A stretch of DNA of 29,748 nucleotides, from IMG/VR virus record IMGVR_UViG_3300004241_000039, positions 1 to 29,748 of that record. One strand, 5' to 3'. Origin of the DNA: a virus (Duplodnaviria > Caudoviricetes). The notes under the pieces were generated by a model. That model was given only the letters and a program-made list of their open reading frames with translations, did no database searches and was not told the DNA's origin. This document shows positions 16,973-26,285 of the stretch, piece after piece. The position numbers and the translations under genes were made by a program. Each line of letters opens with the position of its first letter. Position 1 is the first letter of the stretch.

Positions 16973-17865
16973 TATGGGAAGACGCTAAGAGGTTGAGTCA
17001 CATGAGTGATGAAGTTAGATGCAACCTTAGAACCTTGAATAACTACTTCGCCTGTAATATCGGCGGCGGCGGCTTTCACAATGTTCAAAGTGTACTTACC
17101 TAATGCGGCTTCTGCAAAACTTGCAACGGTTAATACAACACCAACATCTTTTGCGGCTGATAAAACAGTCCATTCGGTTACGGTTGTCAAACCTGCATAA
17201 GGAATGTTTGTTCCTCTAAGGGTTGCAATAACGGTAACATCGCCACCAGTTGCATAAGGTGTAACCACTTTCAAATCCAATCCAATAGGGTTAATGTCTT
17301 CCAATACTTCGGTTAAGTCGAAATCAGTTTTCACCAAATAAGCTTTGTCCCCCCATTGATCGGTGTTGTCGAACATAACTTGAAAAGCCATGTCTTTCTG
17401 AAGATCAGCCCCTACTGCTGGCAATGTAGATTTCAAAAAGAAACGACCGCGGAAACCGCCTAATGTGGTATCGCTTACATTTGTTCCAATAACATTCCCT
17501 AATTTGTCGATTAGGTAGATGTCGAATTTCTTGCCTTCTGCAGCAAAAAACAATTGATAATCTACATAGCCCATATTTCCAAAGCCGTTAAACTTTGGCG
17601 CATTTCGGTTAACAAGCTCAGTGTAACCAACGTTTGAAGTGACCATTTCTGGCTCATCGGTTGCTGGCTCAAGCCCCCTATTAAAATCGATGATCAAAGC
17701 CTTTGCCCCTGTCGAAGGTGCCACAAGTGCTTTCCATCCTGCGGTTGTTGCGGCTAATGCTTTTGTGATAGTCGTTCCTTTTTCCGCTATGATCATTGCA
17801 ACGATTGAATCCCTCAACGCATTGCATTGTCCTTTTCCTGAAAAATAAAATTGTCTACATTCCAT
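16972..17865 (-). CDS. Major tail tube protein (probable)
   Basis: 297 aa, Ala/Thr/Gly/Val-rich, located between the neck genes and the tape measure gene. Confidence 0.65.
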   Translation of the reverse strand: MECRQFYFSGKGQCNALRDSIVAMIIAEKGTTITKALAATTAGWKALVAPSTGAKALIIDFNRGLEPATDEPEMVTSNVGYTELVNRNAPKFNGFGNMGYVDYQLFFAAEGKKFDIYLIDKLGNVIGTNVSDTTLGGFRGRFFLKSTLPAVGADLQKDMAFQVMFDNTDQWGDKAYLVKTDFDLTEVLEDINPIGLDLKVVTPYATGGDVTVIATLRGTNIPYAGLTTVTEWTVLSAAKDVGVVLTVASFAEAALGKYTLNIVKAAAADITGEVVIQGSKVASNFITHVTQPLSVFP

Positions 17866-17869
17866 TTTT

Positions 17870-18403
17870 TTAACAATTTTTCCTGATTAATAAATTTGTA
17901 AATTTCAATTCAATACAATCCAATTTATCATTTATGATTGTTCCGTTGTTGCCATGAATACCCACTTTTCCCCAATACAGCCTATCTATCTTAGTGTATT
18001 CGTAGTTTCCTGCTGCTTGACTTAGATGTTCGCTATTGTTGATCACTCTAATGAACGCCTCTAAAATTGGGTAAAGTACTGGCTTAAATGTTTCTTCGTA
18101 CCTTTGAGCCGCATTATATGAAGCCTCGGTACTGGTAATGATCAAGACGGTTAACGATGGTAATGTCATCCAGTCTTCAAATGAGTTGTGTTTCTCTTCA
18201 AAGTCTTGAACTAGCATAACCATCGGGTATTTTCTAAATGAATTGCGGTTTCCTTTTGCTTTCTCCTCAATGATTGAGGCGACATCTAAAGGGTGTCCAT
18301 GTTCATAATAGATCGACGTGTTTAACTTTATTGCGGTTGAATTAACCCAATCACGCACCACATCAACCATATATTTACGTTCTATTGTCATATACCGAAA
18401 CAA
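17870..18403 (-). CDS. Tail terminator/head-tail joining protein (putative)
   Basis: Position before the major tail gene, with a KYPMVML motif. Confidence 0.5.
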   Translation of the reverse strand: MFRYMTIERKYMVDVVRDWVNSTAIKLNTSIYYEHGHPLDVASIIEEKAKGNRNSFRKYPMVMLVQDFEEKHNSFEDWMTLPSLTVLIITSTEASYNAAQRYEETFKPVLYPILEAFIRVINNSEHLSQAAGNYEYTKIDRLYWGKVGIHGNNGTIINDKLDCIELKFTNLLIRKNC

Positions 18404-18897
18404 TTAAACCTTGTATTCAACGGATTACAAAAATAAAAGTCTGGGTAATCTTCTGATTTAAGGTCAATGAAAAATTCAACGTCTTCAATCAAATCAAAGC
18501 ATTTGTTTTGAGCTTCAACAATATTCCCAATCGGTGCAACATTTACGGAATTTTCATTCAGCATTTGAACGTTTCCGTTTGGCGTATGCGTGTGAACCCC
18601 GTTTCGTTGATATTGAAAATATGTGAAGTATTTCAAAGCCGCTTTAATCCCGTCAAACCAAAATGTTTCCCCTTCAACTACCAAATTACAGCCGTCCCTG
18701 AGATCTTTCCATTTCTGCTCTGGTTCATCGGAAAGTAAGCCCAATGAAAAAGAATTGAATAAAGTTACCCCAAGAACTTTCCTGAGAAATGAAATCTGAA
18801 TGCGGTTAAGCATTTGATCAAACTCCCCTGTGCTTCTATCCGAGATGCTCAATTGAGTATCATCGGTAAAATCTGAAATAGTTAAAAAGTTGTCCAT
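18388..18897 (-). CDS. Head-tail adaptor (putative)
   Basis: First gene after the capsid cluster terminator, of suitable size. Confidence 0.5.
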   Translation of the reverse strand: MDNFLTISDFTDDTQLSISDRSTGEFDQMLNRIQISFLRKVLGVTLFNSFSLGLLSDEPEQKWKDLRDGCNLVVEGETFWFDGIKAALKYFTYFQYQRNGVHTHTPNGNVQMLNENSVNVAPIGNIVEAQNKCFDLIEDVEFFIDLKSEDYPDFYFCNPLNTRFNCFGI

Positions 18898-18908
18898 AGA
18901 TTGTATTG

Positions 18909-18934
18909 AAAAATGGGGGCTGTTAACCCCCGTT
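18909..18934 (-). terminator. Terminator after the capsid cluster
   Basis: GGGGGTT/AGCCCCC stem followed by ATTTTT on the minus strand. Confidence 0.6.
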
Positions 18935-18936
18935 AA

Positions 18937-19395
18937 TTAATTTTTTCGAGCGATGATCTCAAATTTAGGAATCACTTTCGCTGTGCCTGACTGAATAATA
19001 GTAATCTTTTTGTAAGGCAAAATAACATCGGCAAAAGATAAAGCTGTTCCAAATAGCCCATCGGCTGTAACACTCGCAACCGTTAATGAATCGGCTGTTT
19101 TTGCCGTCCAATTGATACCATCAATAGAGTTGTAAGTGTAAACTTTCAATGCTGCTGTACCTGATACATGGTTGTTGTACAATTGTGCATTAACATCAAA
19201 TGTGCTTTCCCCTTTGAATCTTAAAACATAATTCAAAGTATCTGCATCCGTCAAAGTGTCCGCACTTGTACCCCAAATGTAAACCCATTCACCAGCCGAT
19301 AAAACACCGTCTTTCGCTTGTTCTACCATTTTGGTTTGTGCTGTGCTGATCATGGCTACCATAACCAGCATCAATAATACAATCAATTTGCGCAT
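18937..19395 (-). CDS. Beta-rich capsid-adjacent protein with signal peptide (152 aa)
   Basis: Start MRKLIVLLMLVMVAMISTA-Q at 19395, just after the upstream stop. Sits where capsid decoration genes usually lie. Confidence 0.7.
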   Translation of the reverse strand: MRKLIVLLMLVMVAMISTAQTKMVEQAKDGVLSAGEWVYIWGTSADTLTDADTLNYVLRFKGESTFDVNAQLYNNHVSGTAALKVYTYNSIDGINWTAKTADSLTVASVTADGLFGTALSFADVILPYKKITIIQSGTAKVIPKFEIIARKN

Positions 19396-19396
19396 T

Positions 19397-19549
19397 TTAA
19401 GCCTCCTTTTTTTCTTTAGGTGCGTTTTTTGTTGCTGCTCCTCTTGCAAGGAGTGTATTGGCCAACTGTTCTGAAACGCTATAAGCTTTTCCAGTTGCCA
19501 TTTTTGATTTTTCGGTTCCGTAAACGGTCACCAATTTAGTTGCTGCCAT
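19397..19549 (-). CDS. Small basic protein after the capsid gene (50 aa, MAATKLVTVYGTEK...)
   Basis: Manually translated. Exactly fills the gap between the capsid gene and the next gene. Confidence 0.7.
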   Translation of the reverse strand: MAATKLVTVYGTEKSKMATGKAYSVSEQLANTLLARGAATKNAPKEKKEA

Positions 19550-19553
19550 TTAA

Positions 19554-20804
19554 TTAAGCATTTAATTTTGTTAAAGCCTCGGTGATGGTGTCAATGTCCA
19601 AAATAACCCAGCTTGCCTTAGAAATAGTAGGAAGTTTGAGAAGTGAGAACAATTCACCTACAATCGTTTCCTCGTTTTCAATGAATTGATCACCGTAAAC
19701 ACCACGCCTAAGCATAAAGTTTGAGTGCTGTTCTTTGATAGAACTTGAAGTTCCAATGATAATCTTTCCTTCTGGAACATTCGTAGAAATGAACGGTGTT
19801 AATCCTGCGAATGCAATTGCATCAGGAATATAAACGATGTCGCCGTTTGCGTTTTGTTGAATGCCTGCTAATGCTGCATCTCCAGGGCGAATCATAACGA
19901 TGTCTGGTTCGTAAAGGTGATTCTCAACCCAAAGTTTACCAGCCTTAATCACCAATGATGTTGAAGGAGAAGTAAACTGTCCGTCCATTTCGGTAGTGGT
20001 GTAAGCCGAGCAATAAGAAACAATAGCGGCTTGAACTCCTGCATTCCATACACGAATTACTTGCTGTTCAAACATGTCAATGATTTGCAGTAACAATTGG
20101 TCAAAATCCATTGCCAATTCTTCTGTAAACTCAATACGACCAGCGTATTTAACACGGTCGGCAGACTTCCAAGTAAATGACTTGTCGGTAAGTGGTTTTA
20201 CGGTACCTTGACCAACAACGGCAGGAACTCCATCACTCTCGGCTGCTTGCTCTTTCCAACGAAGAACTGCGGGAACTTTAGGAACGGCACGACCACCGAT
20301 TGCATCAATAATGAAATTCTTTGGATATTGAATGACTGCAATTTCCAAATCATCAAGAACATTCACGGTGTTAATGGCAGACGCACCAGTTAATACGGTT
20401 GATGTTTGCATTAATGCAGAAGCGGCACGCTTTGCTTTGAACTCGATAGCCCAATTTGCACCAGCCTCACGATTACGCATTGCGCGCACAATATCGTCTT
20501 TCTTTTCTTCAAGCATTGAACGCAGTTTAAATTTCTCATCTGGTGAGAAACTGCGTTTTGTGTTGGCCTCCAAAGAATCAACTTTAGCGGCCAGAGTGCG
20601 AATGATTCCAGCGGCGCTGGTTCCTTCCTCGAACGTACCCAAAAGCGTGGTAATGTTTTCGAGTTTCTTATTTCGTTCTGCCGATTCGAGGGTGAGGGCT
20701 TCCTCAACCGCCTGACCAATTGAACCGAAATATGATTCTTCTTCCTGTGTCAATGCCTGTTTGGCATTTGAACGGATAATTTTCAAGAAATCTTCTTTCT
20801 TCAT
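19554..20804 (-). CDS. Major capsid protein (HK97-type, N-terminal delta/scaffold-like region)
   Basis: 416 aa following the protease, with a coiled-coil N-terminus and VVGQGTVKP...KYAGRIEFTEE pattern. Confidence 0.88.
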   Translation of the reverse strand: MKKEDFLKIIRSNAKQALTQEEESYFGSIGQAVEEALTLESAERNKKLENITTLLGTFEEGTSAAGIIRTLAAKVDSLEANTKRSFSPDEKFKLRSMLEEKKDDIVRAMRNREAGANWAIEFKAKRAASALMQTSTVLTGASAINTVNVLDDLEIAVIQYPKNFIIDAIGGRAVPKVPAVLRWKEQAAESDGVPAVVGQGTVKPLTDKSFTWKSADRVKYAGRIEFTEELAMDFDQLLLQIIDMFEQQVIRVWNAGVQAAIVSYCSAYTTTEMDGQFTSPSTSLVIKAGKLWVENHLYEPDIVMIRPGDAALAGIQQNANGDIVYIPDAIAFAGLTPFISTNVPEGKIIIGTSSSIKEQHSNFMLRRGVYGDQFIENEETIVGELFSLLKLPTISKASWVILDIDTITEALTKLNA

Positions 20805-20805
20805 T

Positions 20806-21420
20806 TTAAAACTTATTAATTAATTTGTGAATAAAAGTATCATTTTCAGGATCATCGACTATCAATGATTTTTCAATCTGTGTTTTCAATGCCCGTTTAA
20901 CTTCAATTTGACTTTTAATGTCTTGTGGAACTGGCGCAAGCGATACGCTTGTTGGTTCCCATTCAATAGCTGTATATACTGGTATTTCACCAGCCTTACG
21001 AGTTATTTCATATTCAAAAATATCACCTTCGATTGATACTGTTTTTACAATACCATTTTTTATATCGCTCCTCAATGCCTCGTCAGCCCTTGCCCCTAGC
21101 TTAATTTTTAGTTTTATCCCTTCTTCTGAAAACTCATAACCCCTAGAAATTCCAAGCTGTGATTCTGCTTTCTTATCCCAAGGATGGTTATCAAATAATG
21201 GAAGCCCACTATCCAACCGCTCCACCCTTGTTGATTCAATCGAAGGGTTTAGCACCTGATAGAAGTATTCGCCAACCTCATAGTTATAATTCAATTGACC
21301 ATTTTCAAATGGAGAGGCCACGCATTCAAAATCATAATCTTCTCCCCCTATTGAGTTTGTAATGAATGCCCTCATTATAGGCATTCTTTCTTTTTTGGTT
21401 TCTTTAGCTTCCATATTCAA
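20806..21420 (-). CDS. Prohead maturation protease (HK97 family)
   Basis: PLFDNH, VSI and WEPTSVSLAPVPQD motifs, located between portal and capsid genes. Confidence 0.88.
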   Translation of the reverse strand: MNMEAKETKKERMPIMRAFITNSIGGEDYDFECVASPFENGQLNYNYEVGEYFYQVLNPSIESTRVERLDSGLPLFDNHPWDKKAESQLGISRGYEFSEEGIKLKIKLGARADEALRSDIKNGIVKTVSIEGDIFEYEITRKAGEIPVYTAIEWEPTSVSLAPVPQDIKSQIEVKRALKTQIEKSLIVDDPENDTFIHKLINKF

Positions 21421-22669
21421 GGAATATTTTTTGTAATTCTATGTTAATGTCTAATTCTGGATCGAGTGCCTTAATTTTGTCTAAGTTTGCCAACTTCTTT
21501 GTGATCAAATCTTGATTATTAACTTCATTTGCTGCAAGACTACTAACACCTGAATAGTCGGACATTATTACGAAAGGTGTTTTATCTAGGCAAAATAGTT
21601 TTGTTAAGTTGTTGTTTACCGTTTCCGACACGCTCATTAAACCATTTTCCCAGACGCTTTTTTCTGCATCGGCTTGATTTGAAAATGTTGATTGATCTTT
21701 ACGAGGTACTAACACGGCAGGGATTTGGAATATTGAGCTAATCTTAATAGAGTTTTCTAAAGTCTCCTCTAATGGCATTAACTCACTAATGGTTGCCAAT
21801 GTCTTCACAAACTCAATCGGAACTCCTGAAATACCCCAAATGTTTTTCTTTCCGGTTAATCCATTACGCTTATTGATGTCGTCCAATATCTCTTGTCTTT
21901 TCCCATCATCGTTGCCGATATTATTCAAGTCCATGACTCCGTTTTGCGATGACTTTCTGGCAAGATAACCAGCCGCCCCATTATTTGCATATACATTGTA
22001 ACGGGCAGAATAAACAGCAAGCAATGTATCAATTGATTTATTTGCGGCAAACAATGGCGAAATACTCAACACATTAGAACAGTTTCTTTTGTAATTGTTG
22101 TATGAATGAATGAAAAGTCGTGAAACATCCAAGTCTTTTTTTCCAATGCCTTGAATATATTCTGCTTTCCTAATTAATTCATTTTGGCTTCTTATGTCGA
22201 GAATAGAAAGGTTTTCCCATTCGCTTATTGTTAGCATGTTTGGGTTGATCACATCCCATCGCTCAATTGTATCTGCGCTTATGTTTTTGTACAATGAAGG
22301 AACACCCAAGTAATTGCGGACATTACCGTCTGAAAGCAAACTAAACACGTACTGATAAACAAGGTCGGAGAATGAATACAATGGGTTAATGTCTGTGATA
22401 AATCGGTTTAGTGAATTGTTTGGTGCTGGTTTCCCAGTTGATTTGTAAGCGATAAAATAATTAAGCTTAGAAATCCTATCCGCATAAAAGTCAATCGGGA
22501 AGAATATTTCTGTAACTGTATTTGCAAGCATGAAAGAATTTTCAGGGCTTAATTTTTCAGGAACAACAATATTTCCAATGTTCTTGATATCCCACTGGTC
22601 GTACTCTTGATTTGTTTTTTCTGTTATTTCTACTCCCTTAATTTTTCTTATCAATTCTGATAAACCCAT
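21404..22669 (-). CDS. Portal protein
   Basis: 421 aa after terL, with NNGAAGYL and ISSIFQIPAVLV...STFSNQ motifs of HK97-like portals. Confidence 0.9.
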   Translation of the reverse strand: MGLSELIRKIKGVEITEKTNQEYDQWDIKNIGNIVVPEKLSPENSFMLANTVTEIFFPIDFYADRISKLNYFIAYKSTGKPAPNNSLNRFITDINPLYSFSDLVYQYVFSLLSDGNVRNYLGVPSLYKNISADTIERWDVINPNMLTISEWENLSILDIRSQNELIRKAEYIQGIGKKDLDVSRLFIHSYNNYKRNCSNVLSISPLFAANKSIDTLLAVYSARYNVYANNGAAGYLARKSSQNGVMDLNNIGNDDGKRQEILDDINKRNGLTGKKNIWGISGVPIEFVKTLATISELMPLEETLENSIKISSIFQIPAVLVPRKDQSTFSNQADAEKSVWENGLMSVSETVNNNLTKLFCLDKTPFVIMSDYSGVSSLAANEVNNQDLITKKLANLDKIKALDPELDINIELQKIFLEYGS

Positions 22670-22692
22670 TTTAACGCTATTAAAATTCAGTT

Positions 22693-22700
22693 CAAATTTA
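22693..22700 (-). promoter_or_regulatory. Possible -7 promoter element upstream of portal
   Basis: TAAATTTG on the minus strand in the terL-portal gap. Confidence 0.45.
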
Positions 22701-22726
22701 ATCTTATTTAGATTAATTACAAATAG

Positions 22727-24010
22727 CTAAGAATAAATTACTTTTCGATACTTTGACTTAATAAGATTTGCGGCTGAGCAAAGCACATCAATAGCGTCTT
22801 TCTTGTGCTTGTTGTCCCCGTCCTTAGAAAATGAAGTGAGGTCATTTATAAATGAATTGTATTCTGGATTTGATTTGTAGTTAATATCGAACACGAAATA
22901 TTTTTGGACAAATTCAAAATGTGAAAGAATACGAACGTCCTTATTGATCGTTGAAGCAAAAGGAATGAGCTTAGTATTTTTTGAAAGTCTTTTCGATATT
23001 AACAGTATAGCCGCAAGCCCTACCCCGTTTGATTCATACAGGATTGTTTCGGTTGAATTTTCTTTTATCTTTTCAAGTACTCTTTCCGTATTGGCTTCAA
23101 TTCCATACGTGGAGTGTATGACATCTTTTACAAAACATACTATCATTTCATCAACGACGGCCACATCGATAAAAGGCATTGAGAACTTATCACCTCCAAG
23201 GTCGGCAGGGTCACCAATTGCAAACCTAAACACTATGTTTTCTTCTGGGATTGTTGAAGTATCGGCAAAAGTTAGTTTTGATTTTGGTAATAATACACCT
23301 TCTGGTTCTGTTATCCATCCGCCTAATACCACATTTTCATAATCACTTGGCTTTTCTATTTTAAGCCTATTGTAATCATTAAGTATATTCTTTGGTATCA
23401 TTTCTTGTGTTGCATCTAAGTAGCTTGTATGAATATACATAACATTGTCAATGATGCAATTTTCACCACCTTCTAATCCTTTTGCTTCGAAATATTCTTT
23501 AAAAATCCAATGGTCTTTTGTTGTTGGGTTTAGAATTAGTATTGATAAGTTTCTTTTCTCGGTGTCGCGTATTGAATAGAAAATCTTTTTGAAGTTGTTA
23601 AGACTAGGCAATTCCTCGGCTTCATCATTTATGAAACAATTGAATCCTGATAATGATTTTAAATTTGCAGTTTGAGACTTTGCACCTGGTTTTATTCCCT
23701 TGAATGAAATTCTATTTTTCTTGTATTTGATATGACTCTCTGTATCATCTAACTGACCATTTAGCCCCAATAGTTCTATCTTATCTACTATCTCAGGCTT
23801 TACTGAATCTACAATTGTGCTATTTGTGTATCGAGAGTAAAGGATATTCCAATCATACCACCTTAATGCTGTTATTGCAAATATAGCCACCGTATATGAT
23901 TTAAGCGAATAACGGCCACCCGTAAGGATGACCGTATCTACTTCTTCGTGCTTGCCTTGAAGTATTTCAAAAAGAGGTGCAAATTTTATAGATATTTCTA
24001 ACTCACTCAC
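22727..24010 (-). CDS. terL: Terminase large subunit
   Basis: Walker A-like GGRYSLKS, Walker B FINDEAEE, LNP coupling motif, and C-terminal nuclease (GDPAD, KKDAID). Confidence 0.95.
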   Translation of the reverse strand: MSELEISIKFAPLFEILQGKHEEVDTVILTGGRYSLKSYTVAIFAITALRWYDWNILYSRYTNSTIVDSVKPEIVDKIELLGLNGQLDDTESHIKYKKNRISFKGIKPGAKSQTANLKSLSGFNCFINDEAEELPSLNNFKKIFYSIRDTEKRNLSILILNPTTKDHWIFKEYFEAKGLEGGENCIIDNVMYIHTSYLDATQEMIPKNILNDYNRLKIEKPSDYENVVLGGWITEPEGVLLPKSKLTFADTSTIPEENIVFRFAIGDPADLGGDKFSMPFIDVAVVDEMIVCFVKDVIHSTYGIEANTERVLEKIKENSTETILYESNGVGLAAILLISKRLSKNTKLIPFASTINKDVRILSHFEFVQKYFVFDINYKSNPEYNSFINDLTSFSKDGDNKHKKDAIDVLCSAANLIKSKYRKVIYS

Positions 24011-24356
24011 TTTTAGGATTTAATTCTTTGAAAACAAATACAGGTATTGTGTTAGTTATTTTTCCAGAATGCTCTAACTCTGTCCTCTCAATATAACCTC
24101 TTTTTTTGCCCTTTGTTTTAAGATAAAAAATAATTGAAGTATTATCATTATCCTGTATGTTTTCAATTAGTTTTGATTCTGCAATATCTAAAACGCTTTC
24201 CTCTTCTGAATCATAGGCTTGTTTTGTTGATTCAAACTTATTAACGTATGTTTTAGCGGTATGCCAATCACACCCCAGTTTATTAGCAATAGTAGATATG
24301 ATTCCACCAGAATCACTAATTGCATCTAAAACAATATCCTCGCTATAATCTTTCAT
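24003..24356 (-). CDS. terS: Terminase small subunit (HTH)
   Basis: IANKLGCDWHTAKTY HTH and IIFYLKTKGKKRGYIER motif. Overlaps the terL start. Confidence 0.8.
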   Translation of the reverse strand: MKDYSEDIVLDAISDSGGIISTIANKLGCDWHTAKTYVNKFESTKQAYDSEEESVLDIAESKLIENIQDNDNTSIIFYLKTKGKKRGYIERTELEHSGKITNTIPVFVFKELNPKSE

Positions 24357-24379
24357 TTTTTAAGTTCGGAAAATCGGAA

Positions 24380-24448
24380 TTACTTTTTCTTACTTACTGA
24401 TTTTTTGCCGCCAGACTTGCCTCCGCCGCCGTTTCCTGAATTAGCCAT
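24380..24448 (-). CDS. Gly/Lys-rich micro-ORF (MANSGNGGGGKSGGKKSVSKKK)
   Basis: Manually translated. Overlaps the upstream stop and fills the gap before terS. Confidence 0.4.
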   Translation of the reverse strand: MANSGNGGGGKSGGKKSVSKKK

Positions 24449-25028
24449 TTTCTACAGATTTTATCATTTCTAAATTAAAGTCATAAAGGTAATCATTATT
24501 TTCAATACAAAATTGTTCCCAATTTTGTGAACCTTTCATATTTGCTGATCCGTGCATGCAAATTTTTGTTCCGTCTTTTAATTTCATTAGTGTTATTTTT
24601 TGATGAGTATTTAAAACAGATACGATAAAATTATCTGAAACACTTTTTTCAAGAATTTCAATTGTATGCGTGTGTTTTATTTTTTCAGTCCTAATAAAAT
24701 AACCAGAAAGAATAAGATTTATTTTTTTCACCCATCCGTTTTCAATTAATGCTAATAGCGCCTCAATAGTCTCATGAGTTATTGATAATGAAATTATATG
24801 TAATTCATCAACATCTAAATTCATCGACTGGATATATTGAATAAAAAAGTCACCAAAAATAAAATTTCCTTCAATCCAAAAATATTGAGAATTGTTTTTT
24901 GCTGGAATTTTTATTAGTTTTTTGCAGAAATGGGCGGCGTTAACCCATTTTATTTTTTGCGCCTTTATTTCTTTTTGAATATTTATAAATGCTGGGTATT
25001 CTATTGTTTTTTTTTCTTTTAGTTTCAT
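24441..25028 (-). CDS. PLD-superfamily (HKD-like) protein
   Basis: H-x-K ... GSAN motif (THQKITL...HGSANM). Confidence 0.65.
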   Translation of the reverse strand: MKLKEKKTIEYPAFINIQKEIKAQKIKWVNAAHFCKKLIKIPAKNNSQYFWIEGNFIFGDFFIQYIQSMNLDVDELHIISLSITHETIEALLALIENGWVKKINLILSGYFIRTEKIKHTHTIEILEKSVSDNFIVSVLNTHQKITLMKLKDGTKICMHGSANMKGSQNWEQFCIENNDYLYDFNLEMIKSVENG

Positions 25029-25129
25029 ATTTTTCTATTTTGACAAACATTTTTTATTTTATTTATCACAGAAATTAAATTGCATATCTCAACACAAAGT
25101 TCATAGTTGTATTCTGTTAATCGTGCCAT
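25025..25129 (-). CDS. 34-aa ORF resembling the N-terminus of a terminase small subunit (possible remnant)
   Basis: MARLTEYNYELCVEICNLIS...; ATGA-coupled to the PLD gene, with TAACTTTG immediately upstream (25141-25134). Confidence 0.4.
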   Translation of the reverse strand: MARLTEYNYELCVEICNLISVINKIKNVCQNRKI

Positions 25130-25138
25130 GAAACAAAG

Positions 25139-25975
25139 TTAGGAAATCTTTTTTACAATTACACCTGTTTTGTCTGCTCTGTAATCTTTGCGGCATTCAG
25201 CGTCTAAGCAATTTGAATTGCCTTTTAAGTCGCAACCATCACAATTTCCGTCCTGATCTTCTTTTACTAATTTAAATTTTTCCCCATTAATAAAAAACGA
25301 AGATCCAACTGGTAATACTTCGGTGTTTTTTGTTGTTTTTTCTTGTGTTTCTGTTTTATCTTCCTTATTGTCAATCCACGCCGCCCAATTCTTGAACTCC
25401 TTAATTGATTCTTTGAGTGAGTTGTGATTGTGAAGCAGTCGAATATAGTTTGCGTTCTTTGATGACAATTGACGTTCTAATTTTTTGTTTTCAGAAGCCA
25501 GTTGAACGTTTCGTGACATCACAGCATTGTAGTGGTCGACTGTCATTGCGTCGACTGCTTTTTCGGCGTTGTATAATTGTTCTTTTCGCCTTGCTGTTTC
25601 TTGATCAAGTTTATGCTTTGCTATCCGAATATTAACCGCCGTATCTATATTTTTTTCAAAAAACATATTGCGCGCTTCAGCTAATTCTAATAGATTTTTT
25701 AATGATTCGATTTGATTTTCAAGACTAAAAATATAATTATCACATTGTAATTTTAATTTTTCAAGTTCCTTTTTTGGCTCATTTAATTTTTTTCCGCCTC
25801 GATTAGCAGCAATGATGATTTCAGATATAAAATATGTCAACAACCCACTAATAACTGATAAGAAAATAATAAATTCAGGAATGTGTTTTTTTTCAAAACT
25901 CCATATATCAGTAATTAATTGATATGACATTGTTGCAATTGTTATTGCAAAGAAAAAATAGATATACTTTTTCAT
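25139..25975 (-). CDS. Membrane-anchored coiled-coil protein with C-terminal Cys-rich domain
   Basis: Two N-terminal TM segments, a long heptad region and a CDGC...C...C tail. TATATTTG element upstream at 26025-26018. Confidence 0.7.
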   Translation of the reverse strand: MKKYIYFFFAITIATMSYQLITDIWSFEKKHIPEFIIFLSVISGLLTYFISEIIIAANRGGKKLNEPKKELEKLKLQCDNYIFSLENQIESLKNLLELAEARNMFFEKNIDTAVNIRIAKHKLDQETARRKEQLYNAEKAVDAMTVDHYNAVMSRNVQLASENKKLERQLSSKNANYIRLLHNHNSLKESIKEFKNWAAWIDNKEDKTETQEKTTKNTEVLPVGSSFFINGEKFKLVKEDQDGNCDGCDLKGNSNCLDAECRKDYRADKTGVIVKKIS

Positions 25976-26050
25976 AATAATTGTTTTAAATTGTTTGTTT
26001 TTAACTGTTTATAAACGCAAATATAGTAAAATTTATTTATTATTTACGCT

Positions 26051-26269
26051 TTATTTTACTTTTTTTAAGTGAGGTCTTAATTTTTTGTAGTTCCAAAATA
26101 TACCGTCAATTCTATACCCATAGCTTCCATTGTTTTCTGTTTGCTTTATGAATCGTCCTGTTTTTTGGTTGTAACATTTGCCGTCTAAAACAAAGGCGTA
26201 GTGTGGCGCAAAATCAAGAACATATTTGATCTTTAAGCTAACTGTTATATAATTTTATTTGTAGAACAT
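26051..26269 (-). pseudogene. Small NUMOD4-like ORF with an early in-frame stop
   Basis: ATG TTC TAC AAA TAA, then 67 open codons (..FAPHYAFVLDGKCYNQKTGRFIKQTENNGSYGYRIDG..). Confidence 0.4.
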
Positions 26270-26285
26270 TGCAAATCTATTTGAT

